A stretch of 64,000 nt of DNA, taken from positions 124,001 through 188,000 of the forward strand of contig QPGO01000074.1 in the NCBI GenBank assembly GCA_008632985.1, read 5' to 3'. Source of the stretch: Psammoneis japonica (Eukaryota). This document shows positions 39,352 to 52,085 of the stretch, piece after piece; position 1 is the stretch's first letter, and each line of letters opens with the position of its first letter. The position numbers were made by a program, and so were the translations under genes. The notes below the pieces were generated by a model, which saw only the letters and a list, made by a program, of their open reading frames with translations, did no database searches and was not told the DNA's origin.

Positions 39352-39712
39352 AATGTCGAATCCCCTCAAGCCGTACAACGGTACTCAATATAAGAGAGGA
39401 TGCTTACTAGTGAGATGCCGATTCCTGATGCTAGACTAGGCCCTCTAGCCTTTTCTGCTACGCCATGGGAGAGTGTGGATGTGTCGAGTGCTTGACTGCT
39501 TGACTGCGCTGAGCTTGTGCGTGTGTTGGCCTGGATGAATAACTTTTATTCAGAATATTTAGTAATGAAATTGTATTTGTATAGAGTTTAGTTGTACCGG
39601 TAGGTACGAGCCTTTCAAGACTGAGCGCTCCCGCGCGCGCGTCGCTACGAGCGCTCGCGCGCGTTGATGGACAGCACGAGCGCCGGAACCCAAAAAGAGT
39701 TGAGCAGGAAAC

Positions 39713-39765
39713 GCGATGAGCGATGAGCGCGATGAGCCGATGAGCGATCAGGGATGAGGGATGAG
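39713..39765 (+). promoter_or_regulatory. Array of GATGAG motifs in a divergent promoter
   Basis: Six GATGAG plus one GATCAG in 53 bp, with a CGCGCG-rich patch at ~39625-39663 upstream. Confidence 0.35.
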
Positions 39766-39837
39766 ATATTCAACATTACAGAAAGCAGAGGGACCCTAAC
39801 GTTGCTGCTTTCAATCATATTTTCATAACCTATTGCA

Positions 39838-40896
39838 ATGAGGAGACTAGAGAGACGGCTTTTTGGGCTCTTGGGTGCTGCAGTCGCATTGACGAGTATG
39901 ATTTGTTGGCGATTCTTACTGAAGCATTCTCTCTGGCCACACCATCATGATCCAGCCGCGGGCACTGCTATAAATCATTTTTCTTCAAGTCATAAAGAAA
40001 AGGCTGAACTACAATCGCAGCCAAAACACGGCGACGTGTTTGCACCGGGTAGTCTGGAATTGGGTCGCCTTGAAACATATCAACGCTGCTTTGTTGATCC
40101 CACAAAGTACAAACATCACTTTGGTCGCGACGGCAACAACAGATGCAGCATTTCGCAAAAATTCAGAGTGGCCTATCACATGATTGCCAAAGCGGGCAGT
40201 TCGACTTGTCGTCTTGTTATGAAAAAGTCATTGGCGGGTCAAGAACGCAAATGCAAAATGCATGAGGAACTAGACCCGTCCATGTTTCACTTCACATTCT
40301 TTCGAGAACCCACGTCAAGATTCTTTTCATCCTATCAAGAATCCTTTTTTAGAGTAAGAAGACAGCCTGAGAAAATACCCTTGAGATATCAGAGATTCAT
40401 TGAACCCTTTGTCAATCTAACGAGGGTAGAATACCAATCTCTTCTTCGAAGCAATACTACTCGAGACAAGCAACAACTATCACAAGCATTCGAGAACTTT
40501 GTCAACGACTATGATGCACAGGAACCCTTTGAAGGACACATACGACTTCAAATTCCGCGTCTCACCAATCGCCATACAGGTCGCACTATTCTACTCAATG
40601 CTACCTATGATTCCAACAAAATGGAAGAATCCTTTCAAGAAATTAGACGCAAACTTGGAATGACGGATACCATTGAAGTGATTCATGCCTATGATCGTGG
40701 AACGAGCAGAATGGACTTTAGTGGGATCGATGAAGGAACAAGACGCAAAATTTGTGAGCTTTCCGCGATTGACTATTGCTGTCTTAACTATGAGCTGCCA
40801 CCCGAGTGCGACAACGCCGTGACTTGTAGATGGATCCATAAGCCAGAACTGTCTGAGGAACTATTGATTGATCCAATGTCGCCGTATCCGCCTTGA
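39838..40896 (+). CDS. Golgi-type sulfotransferase (Sulfotransfer_2-like)
   Basis: N-terminal anchor; IAKAGSST (5'-PSB); FTFFREPTSRFFSSY (3'-PB); IDYCCLNYELP. Confidence 0.8.
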   Translation: MRRLERRLFGLLGAAVALTSMICWRFLLKHSLWPHHHDPAAGTAINHFSSSHKEKAELQSQPKHGDVFAPGSLELGRLETYQRCFVDPTKYKHHFGRDGNNRCSISQKFRVAYHMIAKAGSSTCRLVMKKSLAGQERKCKMHEELDPSMFHFTFFREPTSRFFSSYQESFFRVRRQPEKIPLRYQRFIEPFVNLTRVEYQSLLRSNTTRDKQQLSQAFENFVNDYDAQEPFEGHIRLQIPRLTNRHTGRTILLNATYDSNKMEESFQEIRRKLGMTDTIEVIHAYDRGTSRMDFSGIDEGTRRKICELSAIDYCCLNYELPPECDNAVTCRWIHKPELSEELLIDPMSPYPP

Positions 40897-41224
40897 CGAA
40901 CGAATGGCTGGACTTTGCTGGAAGCGCGCATTGAGACTGAAGCTTGTATCGCATGGCTTATGATGAACGCGCCGAAAGCGTGCTTTTCGTGGTATACTAC
41001 TAAAGAGATCGGTCGAAGAATCAGACTGAGGCCACGCATGAAGTGAAGGATAACTACAGACTACTTCTAAGAAAAATTGTGCGGTGAAGACAGAGTGAAT
41101 GGGAACCGCCGACTATTTACAAGTTATGGTACTCTCCCTCATTGAGGGACGTTATCCAAAAGATTTCTGAAACAAATACACGTAGTCGATTGCAGTTCAA
41201 CCCAAGTTTTCAATCCGCTTCGCC

Positions 41225-43836
41225 TTAGATGAAGAAGAAGGCACCGCTGAGAGCCATGAACACCACCGTCGTCACCTTCTTGACGGAAGCGCTAGATCCC
41301 TGCTTGTCATCCAAGTTGAAGACCATCTCAAACGCAGCACTGCCAGCGGTGTCATCGGGCTCATCGAGCTTCCTGACCTGCTTGCTCTCGTCTCCTTCGG
41401 GTTCACGATAGAGAACATTGGCACGAAGACGACGTCCGGTATCAGTGAAGGCCATGACAGCAACTCCATATGCGAGCACATCAGCAGGAAGGTCGTCGAC
41501 AAAGAACGCCGAAGTCATCTGAGTACGAATGTTGCACTTGTCCCCATTGTACGCCACGGCAGTCAATGCATCCGGATCCCCGTCGGAGATGGGGGTCCTC
41601 GTAAGCAATCCCTGCTCAAAGACCAGAGAATCGATTCCGACAAAAACAAGATTGGTGGCGTTCGTTTCGAGGCAAATGTAGACGTCGTCTCCCTGCGTCA
41701 AAGTCTCGGCAAGACACGTCAAAGACACATCACACTGACAGGCGAACACGTTGTAATCCAAGTCCGCGTTCTGGTTGAGCAATCCAGCGTCCGTACGCTC
41801 AAGATCGAGGACTCCCGACACCGTGAAACCTTGGGTCAAGTCGATGGTAAGAATGATCTTGGTCTCATGGAAGTGAACCGAAGTCGCGATATCGTCGTCA
41901 TCATCGTCGAGCATCAGATCAACGCGGATACACAAGCTGATAGTTCCTCCACCAACGTCAGTGTCATTCCAGACTCCACTGGAGGTAACGGTATCCTGCT
42001 TGATATCAAGGGCAACGTCGAGAGTTCCATGCGAAGGAGAAGTAGGAGTCAAAGTCTTGGCCACTCCAACAACGGTATCGGGGACAGCGGTGAGGCAGTC
42101 CGACTCGTAAATCACGACGGTGTTTTCGCGACGAGTGATGTTGTAGTTGAACTTGATCTCCTCGGTGTCAGAGGCATCGTTGAACGCCACAACCGCATCG
42201 TCCAGCCTGAAGATGTCCCACGAGAACTGATCGACGTTCAAGTCAAGGTACGAGCTCGGGGCGGCGGAAGGACTAGCCGACGAGGAAGGAGGAGCGGAAG
42301 GCTGCGAAGACGGGGCAGGGCTTGCCGTTGGGATGGAAGAAGGTGCCGAAGACGGTTCCAAGGACGGTGCTTGCGAGGGAGAGCTGGTAGGAAGGGCCGG
42401 TCCGTCAAAGACACGAACACTGCCAGTCGAGAAGCCACCGTCATCGTCGGCCCAGGTAGCTCCTCCCGCGAGACGAACACCATCACCAGTCATGGAGACA
42501 CTGAAACCAAATCGGTTCTGATTGGCTTCCCCTTCGATGTCATCTCCCAGCTGCGTCCAAGCACCGGAATCAAACTCGAAAAGCTGGACCCGACCCTTTT
42601 GGTTGCTGAACTGGTAGGAGGAAGCGGCGATGCGAGACCCGTCGTCGGAGATGGCCACGGAGCGACCAAACCTGTCGTTATCGTCTCCTTCCATGGCTGT
42701 ACCCTGAATGACCCAAGCGCTGCCATCGTACTCGTAGACTTCCACCGCTCCACGCAAAGTTCCGCCTCCATCGCTGAAGGGCGACCCAATGATCAAGGAA
42801 GAACCACTGCCACTCAGGTCAATCGAAAAACCGAGCTGCATTCCAGCGCTGGCTCCAATGATGTCCGTACCAACTTGAGTCCATGAAACGCCGTTGTACT
42901 CGTAGACTTGGACAAGTCCGGCTTCCGTATTTGCACCGTCGTCAAACTTGAAGGCGGAAATCGCAATGCGGTTGCCATCCGTGGAGAAAGCAGTGCTCGA
43001 GCCGAAGCGACCGCCCGCGGCAGTCCCTGCAAAGGATCCGATGGCATTCCACGCCGTACCCGACCACTCGAAGACTTGGACGAGTCCAGCGCTTACGTTG
43101 TCACCCTCGCTGCTAAGCGCCATGCGGGTTCCATCCGGAGACATGGTGACGACCTCACCATCTTGAGTACTCGCACTAGCAATGTTCGCACCAAGTTGCG
43201 TGGCAACCCCACCGGGGCTGATATCGAAAACCTGAGCGTAGTTGGGTGAAGCATCGTTACGACGGAGAGCGATACGAGCACCATCGGCGGAGAGCGAAAC
43301 GTACTGAATCTTCTCGTTGAGAGCACCGGTGGTGGCAGGATCGTCGGAGCTCGACCAAAGAAGGTCCCAATCAGTACCGTTGTCATCGTAGAGAAAGATC
43401 CCGCCGCCATCCTCGTTCGGAACGTCGTGGAGGGGGGATCCAACAACGAGGCGTGTGCCGTCGGCCGACGAAAGGTCAACAACCGATCCGAACTCGACAT
43501 CGTCAACCCCACCGTTCGAAGAGGGCGTGCCGAAAATCGTATCGCCAATCTTGGTGAAACCCGTAGGATCCAAACGACGAAGAGACGAAGAGACCGCCGA
43601 AGCGGTGCGAGACTTGAAAGGATGCTGAAGTAGAATGCGACGTGGATAGCGGAGAAACGTGAGTGAAAGCGTAGAACGATGACAAAACACAACATCACGA
43701 CGACGAGACGGCGGGAAGAACACGTAGAGTACAATGCAGCACTTACCAATCCGTTCAAACCATGCGAGTCCTGCGACCCAGCAACCGCATTGGTTGCCAA
43801 TAAGGCCGTCAAGACAGAGGGAACGAAGCGGGGCAT
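41225..43836 (-). CDS. Secreted/surface protein with FG-GAP-like beta-propeller repeats and a Pro/Ser linker; exons 43836-43747 and 43624-41225
   Basis: Signal peptide; repeated FG.S..LS.DG.R.A.G/S...G.VQVFE...W..G units; PSSAP linker; RRL/RKL motifs; hydrophobic C-terminus. Confidence 0.85.
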
Positions 43837-44038
43837 CGAAGAACTTTTCAGAAGAGGTTTAACTTGCGGCGTAAAGAGCAAATTATGAGAGCAAGGAATG
43901 AGGAGACTGAATGAGCAGTCACGGGAAATTCGCCGACATGAGCAGTCTCCGTCCGTAGAACTTGTACCAGCTTCTACGAATTCCTATCTCAACTGACAAA
44001 TGCGGCGACCGTTTCACTCCAGAAATGGAAAATCTTTT

Positions 44039-44357
44039 GTACTGGAAGCAACGTGAATTTCACGGATTCCTACTGTAACGGCAGGTTTTTTCATGGTAAC
44101 GGCCGCTAGACTGCAATGTACCGGAAGCTACGTAAATGCCACGGATTCCTACTGAAACGGCAGGTTTGCTCCATGGGTAACGGCAGCTACTAGAGTAAAA
44201 TGTACCGGAAGCTACGTGAATGCTACTGATTCCCACCGAAACGGCAGTTTTTTCAAAAGGTAACGGCAGCTAGACTGTCATGTACTGGATGTCACGTGAA
44301 TGCTACGGATTCCCATCGAAACGGCAGGGTTTTATCGATGGTAACGGCAGCTGGTAG
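44039..44357 (+). repeat. Degenerate tandem repeat, 4 units of 79-84 bp
   Basis: Units start gtacyggaag/atg at 44039, 44118, 44202, 44282; each carries two AACGGC motifs. Confidence 0.9.
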
Positions 44358-45051
44358 GGTTCAGCGTGCCTTCTACATCTCAGGGAAACGGCAGCCCAAC
44401 AACGGGGTCATTGCCGTAAAGCTTCGTATATTCAGTACGAGTTCCCATGGTAACGGCGGTATGCATGGTCATTGCATGCCGCGGCGGTGTCAGCCTCGGT
44501 GACGTGTCTCCCTTTTTTCCCTCCGACATGTTTTCACAGACCCAAGGGGCAGAATGAAAGACAACTGCCATGTCATTACAAATGCCTTCTGGCTTGGTCA
44601 TATTATACCATACCATCTGGATGGGCTGTACGATCACCATCAGCATTGGGAACCGATCGTCAATCAATGCGCATCCGACTCCGTTCCTTCTGTAATTATT
44701 CACACGTTCAAGTCTTTCGGCACAGGTAGAACCGAGTCGAGAGAAGCGTTGCCATTTATGATATTCATCTAAACGGCGGGGGGTTCAGCCCCTTGTTGGC
44801 ATCGCCTCGCGCATCGTGTTGTCGGCATCATCACGCTCCGACTCCCTCGACTGGTCGTCTTTCGGTATTCAGTGTATGAAGTTTAGCTATTTGTGCTGTT
44901 ATCTTATCAAGAATCGAGGCGAGCGAATGAACTCAAACGAGTTGGTCCTTAGAATAATGCCGTATAGAATAAAGAAGCTACTAGTATTCATATGTTGATC
45001 TACATCGTTCAACCACAATGTTTGTACAAAAATAGTACGGTCTCATTCCAT

Positions 45052-46090
45052 TCAATCCATGTAGGTATCTGACGAGGGAGACCCATGTGGAACCAACCTT
45101 GCATGTGCTTCTTCAAGATTAGCACCAGGCGATGTATTCTTTCTACGCTTACAAACAATCGTTGTGATAACTACCGCTGCAAGAGATAGGCCAAACAGGA
45201 AAAATGAGTAGAGAGGCAGCCCCCCGTTGGCACCACCAGAATCTTTCTGCGGTTGATCGGAATCAGGAGATGTGGTGGTGCCATTATGAATGGAGAATGT
45301 TCCATTGACAAACGCGACGTTATGAATGCCTTCAAGAAAATTGTTAAAAGATCCATCGTTCATTTCAGACTGTATCGTGTCGAGAGCGATTGACCCATCG
45401 TTTGCAGCTTTGCCTTCGTTCGTCACAAACAATGATGTTTGTCCTTGAACCAACTCACACGACGATTCTTCAAGCGTCATTTCTCCTTGACAATCCACTA
45501 AATTTGAGAGAGTAAACAATAGGATTGAATGAGGCTTTATAAGGATGAGAGAACCAATGTAAGTATCGTGGTCACATACCACCAGAAACAATACGATCTT
45601 GCGGCAAGCCACTTATTCCAATGACATTACCCCTGCTCGAGCACTCTTCATTGGCAAAAATCGACACGAGAAAAGTGGTGACAATGTGCTCAATGTCAAT
45701 CAAAATGGTGCGATCAACATTTGTAATCTTGTTTGGGTCGTATTCAATCTCATAATAATACTCCAATAGAAATTTCGTCGCACTGGTGAACCCAAACGAT
45801 CCATTTTCATTCATTGCACAAAGTCCTTCTTCCTTGGTTTCTTTCTTTTCCGTTACAGCATCCGTTGAACTAATCTCATTGACAAGGTCCGTTGAATTAA
45901 CATCACGAACGAATGGGTGGACTTCAATTTCATGAGGCTTCTCAAAATGGCGGAGACGCGCTTCGTCGGTGCACGACAATCTCCAAGTTTGTCCTTGGGG
46001 CGTTAATGGCTGCGTGCACACAGAGGCGCCGTCATGCACATTCCACAGGAGACACAACAATGTGACTACAGAGTTTCGAGCGGATGCCAT
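45052..46090 (-). CDS. Single-pass type I membrane protein of unknown function; exons 46090-45580 and 45497-45052
   Basis: Signal peptide, YYYEIEY, ISGLPQD, 82-bp GT-AG intron joining the frames, TM followed by KRRK. Confidence 0.7.
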
Positions 46091-46313
46091 GACGATATTG
46101 AAAAGCTTGGGTCTGGTTCTTTCTTTACTCCTCTATGGCAAAAGTGACGCTCTTCGCTCTTGTCGGATTTTGTGAGAAGGCAGGTTTCGAAATGAATGAA
46201 ATATTCATATGTGTATGTTGGATGTATGACGACGCGCGGACGACGAAGCACGCGAACGCGCACGCGCCACGAACGACGACCTCGACCGACCCTGGCTGCT
46301 ACGGTACTGTAGG

Positions 46314-46572
46314 TACGCGCCCTGTGCACTTATGGAGCCCGACGAGGAGGGTTCGGCCCCGCCGAACCCGACGAGAAGGGTCCAAGCAACGAGGTGGAGA
46401 CCGACGAGGCGGGTTGCACAATGGCGAGAACGACCCCAGCGAGGAGGGTGGACGACGAGGAGGGCTTTAGCCCGACGAGAAGGCCACACGACAAGCTGTG
46501 GGTCGTTCTCGCCATTGTGCAACCCAACGAGAAGGTCGTAACCGAGGCGCGTTGAGTGCACACGGGAGCGTA
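46314..46572. repeat. MITE-like/foldback segment with an internal perfect 26-bp inverted repeat
   Basis: gggttgcacaatggcgagaacgaccc at 46411-46436, inverted at 46500-46525; imperfect outer IR (tacgc..tgtgcact); repeated cgacgagragg. Confidence 0.55.
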
Positions 46573-49500
46573 TATAGGGTCTCCCGCTGTGAGGATTTTA
46601 TATATATAATTCGACCGTTAACTACTTAGGGAGCGCTTTCATGTGCAAGACTGAAGTACCAAAGTATTGCAAAAGAGTACTTTTGTACTGCAGGTTTACT
46701 TATTGGCGACGGTTTTTGGTGCCGACTGGCAGTCGCGCAATCATTCAAAATTATTAACGCTATTTATGATATTTGATTCAAACTTATATATATATTCATC
46801 ACAGCACCTAAAGCCGTTATTACGATCGAAATTTAAAAACGTTGATGGGATTGATTCAAATACACCACGTAGAATTATACATACTGGTATAGTTAAACGG
46901 CAGAATCCTCGTAGTCCACAGAGAGACAGTAAGTTTCTACTTACACCCCTTCTACACGATTTTTATACTGACGTACACTTGTGTACATTTTGTACCGAGA
47001 AATTCTGTGCGACTCCGAACGGTGCGCGGTCGGGTTGATGGCTCATAATTTTTCCGAGCGGCCGATCGACAACCACCGCTCCCTCCGACAATGGCGCTTT
47101 TGGCCGATTTGACCGGTACGACACCGCCTCCCGACCCCTACCTTGCTTGATAGTGTTACACACCATTGGGTCGTGCCATGTGAGTGAGTCCTGGCTCTAG
47201 AATGGGTCAGAATGACTCAAAATGTGGTGAGTTCTGATTCTCGTGGAATCACGCGTCTTTTTTCCCCGTTCTCGTTCGCAATGGCGCTCACCTTGAACCT
47301 CCTTGTCCCGTATCTTGATGTATAGGAATCGAAGATGGGGATATCGAAGTCCATGGGTCTACACCGCCGCCGTCACCGTTTTTGGCTCCGTCCCCGTTCC
47401 ACCATGGCTTGCTGCTTCTGTCCCGGTCCATGCCGTACCACCATGGCGCTGCCTCCGTTCTCCAAGCTTCTGCCACGATTTGTATGGACCGGACCAGTCA
47501 CTCGATCCCAAGCTCCGACTTTCGACCATTGTTCATGCCGATTTGCCGCCTGCTTTTGTCGTCCTGCTCCGTGGAACCACCAGACTGCCTCTCTTCCATC
47601 TGTCCTCCCTGCCCGCCGTTGACGATCCAGGCACCCCAAGTTTTGACCCTACTGGTGAGTTTACATTGGTCGTTTGCTCGTTGTTGCTTTGTATTTGTAG
47701 AAAAGTATGTTCTCACCTCCTTGTGTTGTTCCATTTCACCGCAGATGTGGTCATTTTTCAGGCGCTGGTGCCGTGCTTCTCTGTGCAAGTTTTTGTGCAC
47801 ACCAATGTTGTCTTGCTTTGTTCTTTTTATTGAAGATATGGTACTAACTCAAATAGATCTTTTCTCTCTTTTGCGCCCTCTTGCAACATCGTTGGATTGC
47901 TGTCTTTGCGTCTCTCTCCGGCACTTGCATCATTGTCGGTCTCTTCGCTCGTGCTTCGCTCGCGTCGTCTCTTCTCCACGCTCGCTTCCCCTATTAATTG
48001 TACGTACGTAATTTCTACATAAATACCTCATATATAGAGTACCAAAATACTACCAAATTACATAGTAACGGCCGTTAACGGTTTTTAGAATTACTTAGGG
48101 CCACCCACACTCGAGCAGTGGGAGTCCTCTATGATAGGGCTGCTATGAGACCCAGGCCTTAAGTAAATCCAAACTGGCGAGGCAGGCGCGCTCCGGATTA
48201 GCGTACAGACCATCACCGCGGTGACAACACGGAGAATTTGTCAAAAACCCGCCGGAGCCGACGATGACATTGACGCGGTAGATAAGGTGTCTAAACATTC
48301 GTCGTTTTTTGGACCATTACAACAGAAGCTCTATTAGACCCTCATAGATATACGGTTGTAATTATCCATTCGGAGACATCCATTTTGGTGAGAAATATTG
48401 AAACATACCGTTTCGCTTTGTTGTGACGCGATGACACGTGCCGATTCTTCATACGCCCGCTACCAACCGGATTTCCAGCACCAGCTGTGTTGAACTCCGA
48501 CTTTATAAAAAGGCAAGTAAATAAAAAATCAAAATGGTGTTATCAATGTGTCCAAGGCTCACCAGTTGTTGTCTCACTCAACTCTCTTGCCTCCGCAGCC
48601 AATTCTTGTTGTCTTTCTAGAGCATGAGCACATCGACGAATCCAACATCGTCGTCACATCGTCAAACCCATTTGAGCAATGGTATTGACTAGACGAATAT
48701 TTTTAAGACGTTGATAAAGCAACTGTAATGCATTCAGCCAAGTATTCTTAAATGGGAGAGAGTCGGGCGGATGGGAGTTAAAATGCAGAATGAAGTTGGC
48801 GTGCGGTTCAAGAAAAAAGCATTCAAACAACGTTGACAATATTATTCTGATGCTGCTATTCTATAGAATGATAAATAGTAGTGAATAGAGCTCCTCCCTG
48901 GCTCGCATCTGCTGTAGATTCATCGCAAAGTTGCAAATGTCAAATGTGAAAACAGAAGTGTGTTGCTTGCACTGAGTTTTTATGGATTACTTGGCCTGTC
49001 TATAGCATGAAAGAGGTCAAATATAGTTGTCACGAGGCCAGCCATGGATTAGAGAATAGAATATAGCCATGAAATAGGTCTTGTGTTGATGTCATCATCT
49101 AATCTCGGTGTCGAGAAAGGGTCAATTTCCCTTCACGTACGGTGAGTCACGTGTCTTGAATCCCGTATGACCCACTCGACTCGAATTTTTTGGAAGAATT
49201 AGCTAGACTTTGACCCCCGCTAGAGCCACAAAATACACAAGATATGAGCATTATCGGTCTCATACTCTTTAAACCGATGTCTTGCGAGAATGTAATAGGT
49301 ATGTATTGTTCATGGTATCTGGCATTTCAAAATAGAACTAACTTTTCGTGGAGCACCTTTATTACACGGGAAAGTGCGAGAGTCAACATTCAGTGATTGG
49401 CAAGTAACTAACGTTCACCCCCATTCTAGGCCCCCAAAAGTGTCGTGAACTTCGTATCTGTATACTGTTAGTCGATCGAGGTGGGTATTTGGTTAAAAAC

Positions 49501-49644
49501 GGGGGGTTAATTTTTACACGTGGCATCATGGAGCTGGGACGGAAAGCTGCAACCCGAAACGAAAAACACCAAACACCAAACACCAAACGGCATAAAGTCA
49601 AAAGTGTTTTGAGATCAGACTAGCAATAGAGATAATCATTCAGG

Positions 49645-50383
49645 ATGGGACGTTACACCACCGTTCAGGCGTATTCTGACAACAACGCCAACATGCGAAG
49701 CGTTTCGTATGCGCAGGCAAGTGGTTCATCAGAAGCAAAGAAAGGATTGGGTACGTGACACGATTTGATTCGTTTTGCACTACAGTGCTTGCTCTGCCGG
49801 CGGCTTCTTTATCTCACCTCTGTGCCTTTTTTATCCCTGTGTTTTTCCAGTGAAACCCGAAAAAGTGAATAATCCATACGGATCGACGGCGGGAGCTGGT
49901 TCGGGTGAATTTCACGTGTACCGACACGCCCGAGCCAGGGAAATGGCAAGGCTCAAACAACTCGACGAGGAGGAAGAAGAGCAACAACGCGACTTGGAAT
50001 TTAAGAAAAAGATAGAACAGTACCAGACAGAAGAGGAGAAGAAAACGGAACAGCGGAGAAAGAAGCGACAACGTCAAAAGGAGGCCAAGCGGAGGAAAAA
50101 GAATTTGAAACTTGCAGGGGTAGTTTCTTTGGATGATTCAGAACTAAAGAAAGAATCTCAAGAGGAGGAGGAAGAAGAGTTTACTTATATCCCAATGAGT
50201 CAGCAGCAATCTGAAGAGAAAAAGGATAATGGTGACGAAGCGGCCAAGAAAGCACCTGAAATACTGTTTGCTAATGATGGTTCGTTTCTTGAGCAGATGA
50301 AACGGAAACTGGCGGAAGAGTCACAAGCAAGCGACGAAAAGCCACCGGCTAAGAAGCAAGCAGTCAAAGAGGACCAACAATGA
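49645..50383 (+). CDS. PRKRIP1: PRKR-interacting protein 1 (DUF1168) homolog; exons 49645-49750 and 49851-50383
   Basis: GSTAGAGSGEFHVYRHAR.RE..R, basic coiled coil; 100-bp GT-AG intron. Confidence 0.88.
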
Positions 50384-51024
50384 GACTGGTTACTTTTTCT
50401 CCTACTCGAAACGGTAGATGTGAACATCTGTGCAGTAATTCGTGTTCTTGCCCATTTAACAGCAGTATGTTCTACCGGTATGCATTCTTGCTTTATGTAC
50501 CCATTTCATTCGTTCCCTTCTAGAGGGGGGGTCATTGTGTTTCTTTGAGCATGCCTCCAACGAAGGAACGGAAATTGGATCGAAGGTATTTTGCTACACT
50601 ACTTAAAGCGTACCGTATGCATATTGAATAACAAAGTATTCCATTCATCGTCTAGAACAGTTATCATTGTAATGGGATCACGGCTCTTACTCCACCAGTC
50701 CTGATAAAAGGGGATTTTGTGGGTGTAACGATCAATCAAATGCTGCCGCCTGAGTAAACGAATGAACGAATCTGTTTTACACCACGGCTGGACACGAAAT
50801 TCTCTTTCGGCGTAGTTTACAGTTCTCTGTCGACAGCTGGTTGTCTATTGAGCTGCACTAAAGACATGCAAGCGTCGTCAGCATTCTGTCATGCGAGCTA
50901 CTTGTAGTGAATTAAACCAATAATCTACAAAATCATCACGTTCATGCTATGTTATAAAGTTAATCTTCTTTTCTTCTGCTGGCAGCCTAAGAACGCTCAA
51001 CACAGATTCACACTCGAGCGCTCT

Positions 51025-51444
51025 TTAACCAGCAATGCTCTGAAGAGCGGGCACTTGCTCTGTCAACTTGTTGACAGTCTCTGGCTTGACGTTGGTCTTC
51101 AAGAACTCCAAAAGCTTGCCAATCATTTCACCGCCTTGCTCGGGACTCACGCCGGACTTGGTCATGATTTCTGCAATCTGCGCATTCTGGTTTTGACCAA
51201 ACAACTTTTTCAAAATCTCCAACACGGGCATGCATGGCTTGAGGGCATCGGGGACTGATTCCTTTTCGGCGGCAACAGCCTGCGTCATGAGCTCATCGGC
51301 GCCAGGGACTTCGGCCGAAATCTCCTTGCTCACGTCCTCGGGAGCGTTCTTTTTGCAAAAGTCAAGAATCTGGCCAATAAAGCCGCTCACCTTTGACTCT
51401 TCCAAGCCAGTTTGAGACGAAAGCTGTTTGATAAAGCCGTCCAT
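51025..51444 (-). CDS. Small helical protein resembling bacterial DUF2267/DUF2780-type proteins
   Basis: MDGFIKQL...G.ILDF.KK......I...VPGA pattern, echoed at the C-terminus (LLEFLK......L..QVPAL); intronless. Confidence 0.6.
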   Translation of the reverse strand: MDGFIKQLSSQTGLEESKVSGFIGQILDFCKKNAPEDVSKEISAEVPGADELMTQAVAAEKESVPDALKPCMPVLEILKKLFGQNQNAQIAEIMTKSGVSPEQGGEMIGKLLEFLKTNVKPETVNKLTEQVPALQSIAG

Positions 51445-52085
51445 GATAATGATTCCTTCTCTTATTCCTTGTCGACGCGAAATTTGTGTGCAAATTGTCG
51501 ACGCATCTTATGGTCTGATCCCGTTTCTTTGCCCGTGATGTCGACAACGAAAAAGTGATTGCATCTTTTCCGGCGTTGCCAACTCGTCGCCTCGTTCCAA
51601 AACAGATGGCAGAGGGCAAATTACAGTACAATGTTTGACTGTAAACGACCACCTTTCTTTTTGCTGGGCTTCCTCTTCCCTGCTGGCGGTGTTGTTCCCT
51701 CATTGCTTCGCTGGCGGGAATGCGTGCTTGTTCTTCCCGCCACCACGACTAAACCACGACCACAATGACCGCCAAAAACCGCGCAAAAAATCCTCGCGCG
51801 ATTATTGTATTTTTTGAGGCTCAATGGAAAATGCTGGGGCCCTAGTTTTCCCCTTCGTAACCTACGTAGTAGATATGGTCGTCTAATTCATTTTGTGATC
51901 CATGTTCTTCCGCTCGAACTCGAGGTCTTTCCCAAAGACGGTTGGCTGCAACTGCGACAAGAGATCCATGCCAGTGACATTCACACCGACGAAGTGGCTG
52001 GGATTTGGAGACAGGAGTGCCTCCACCGCGGGAAAGTCAGACATCTGGACGAGTGAGCTCTCAGGGAGGACATCAGAGGCAAGGA

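Noticed and set aside
44039..44357. CRISPR array
   Set aside because: Whole units are homologous with no unique spacers, there are no cas genes, and the context is eukaryotic.
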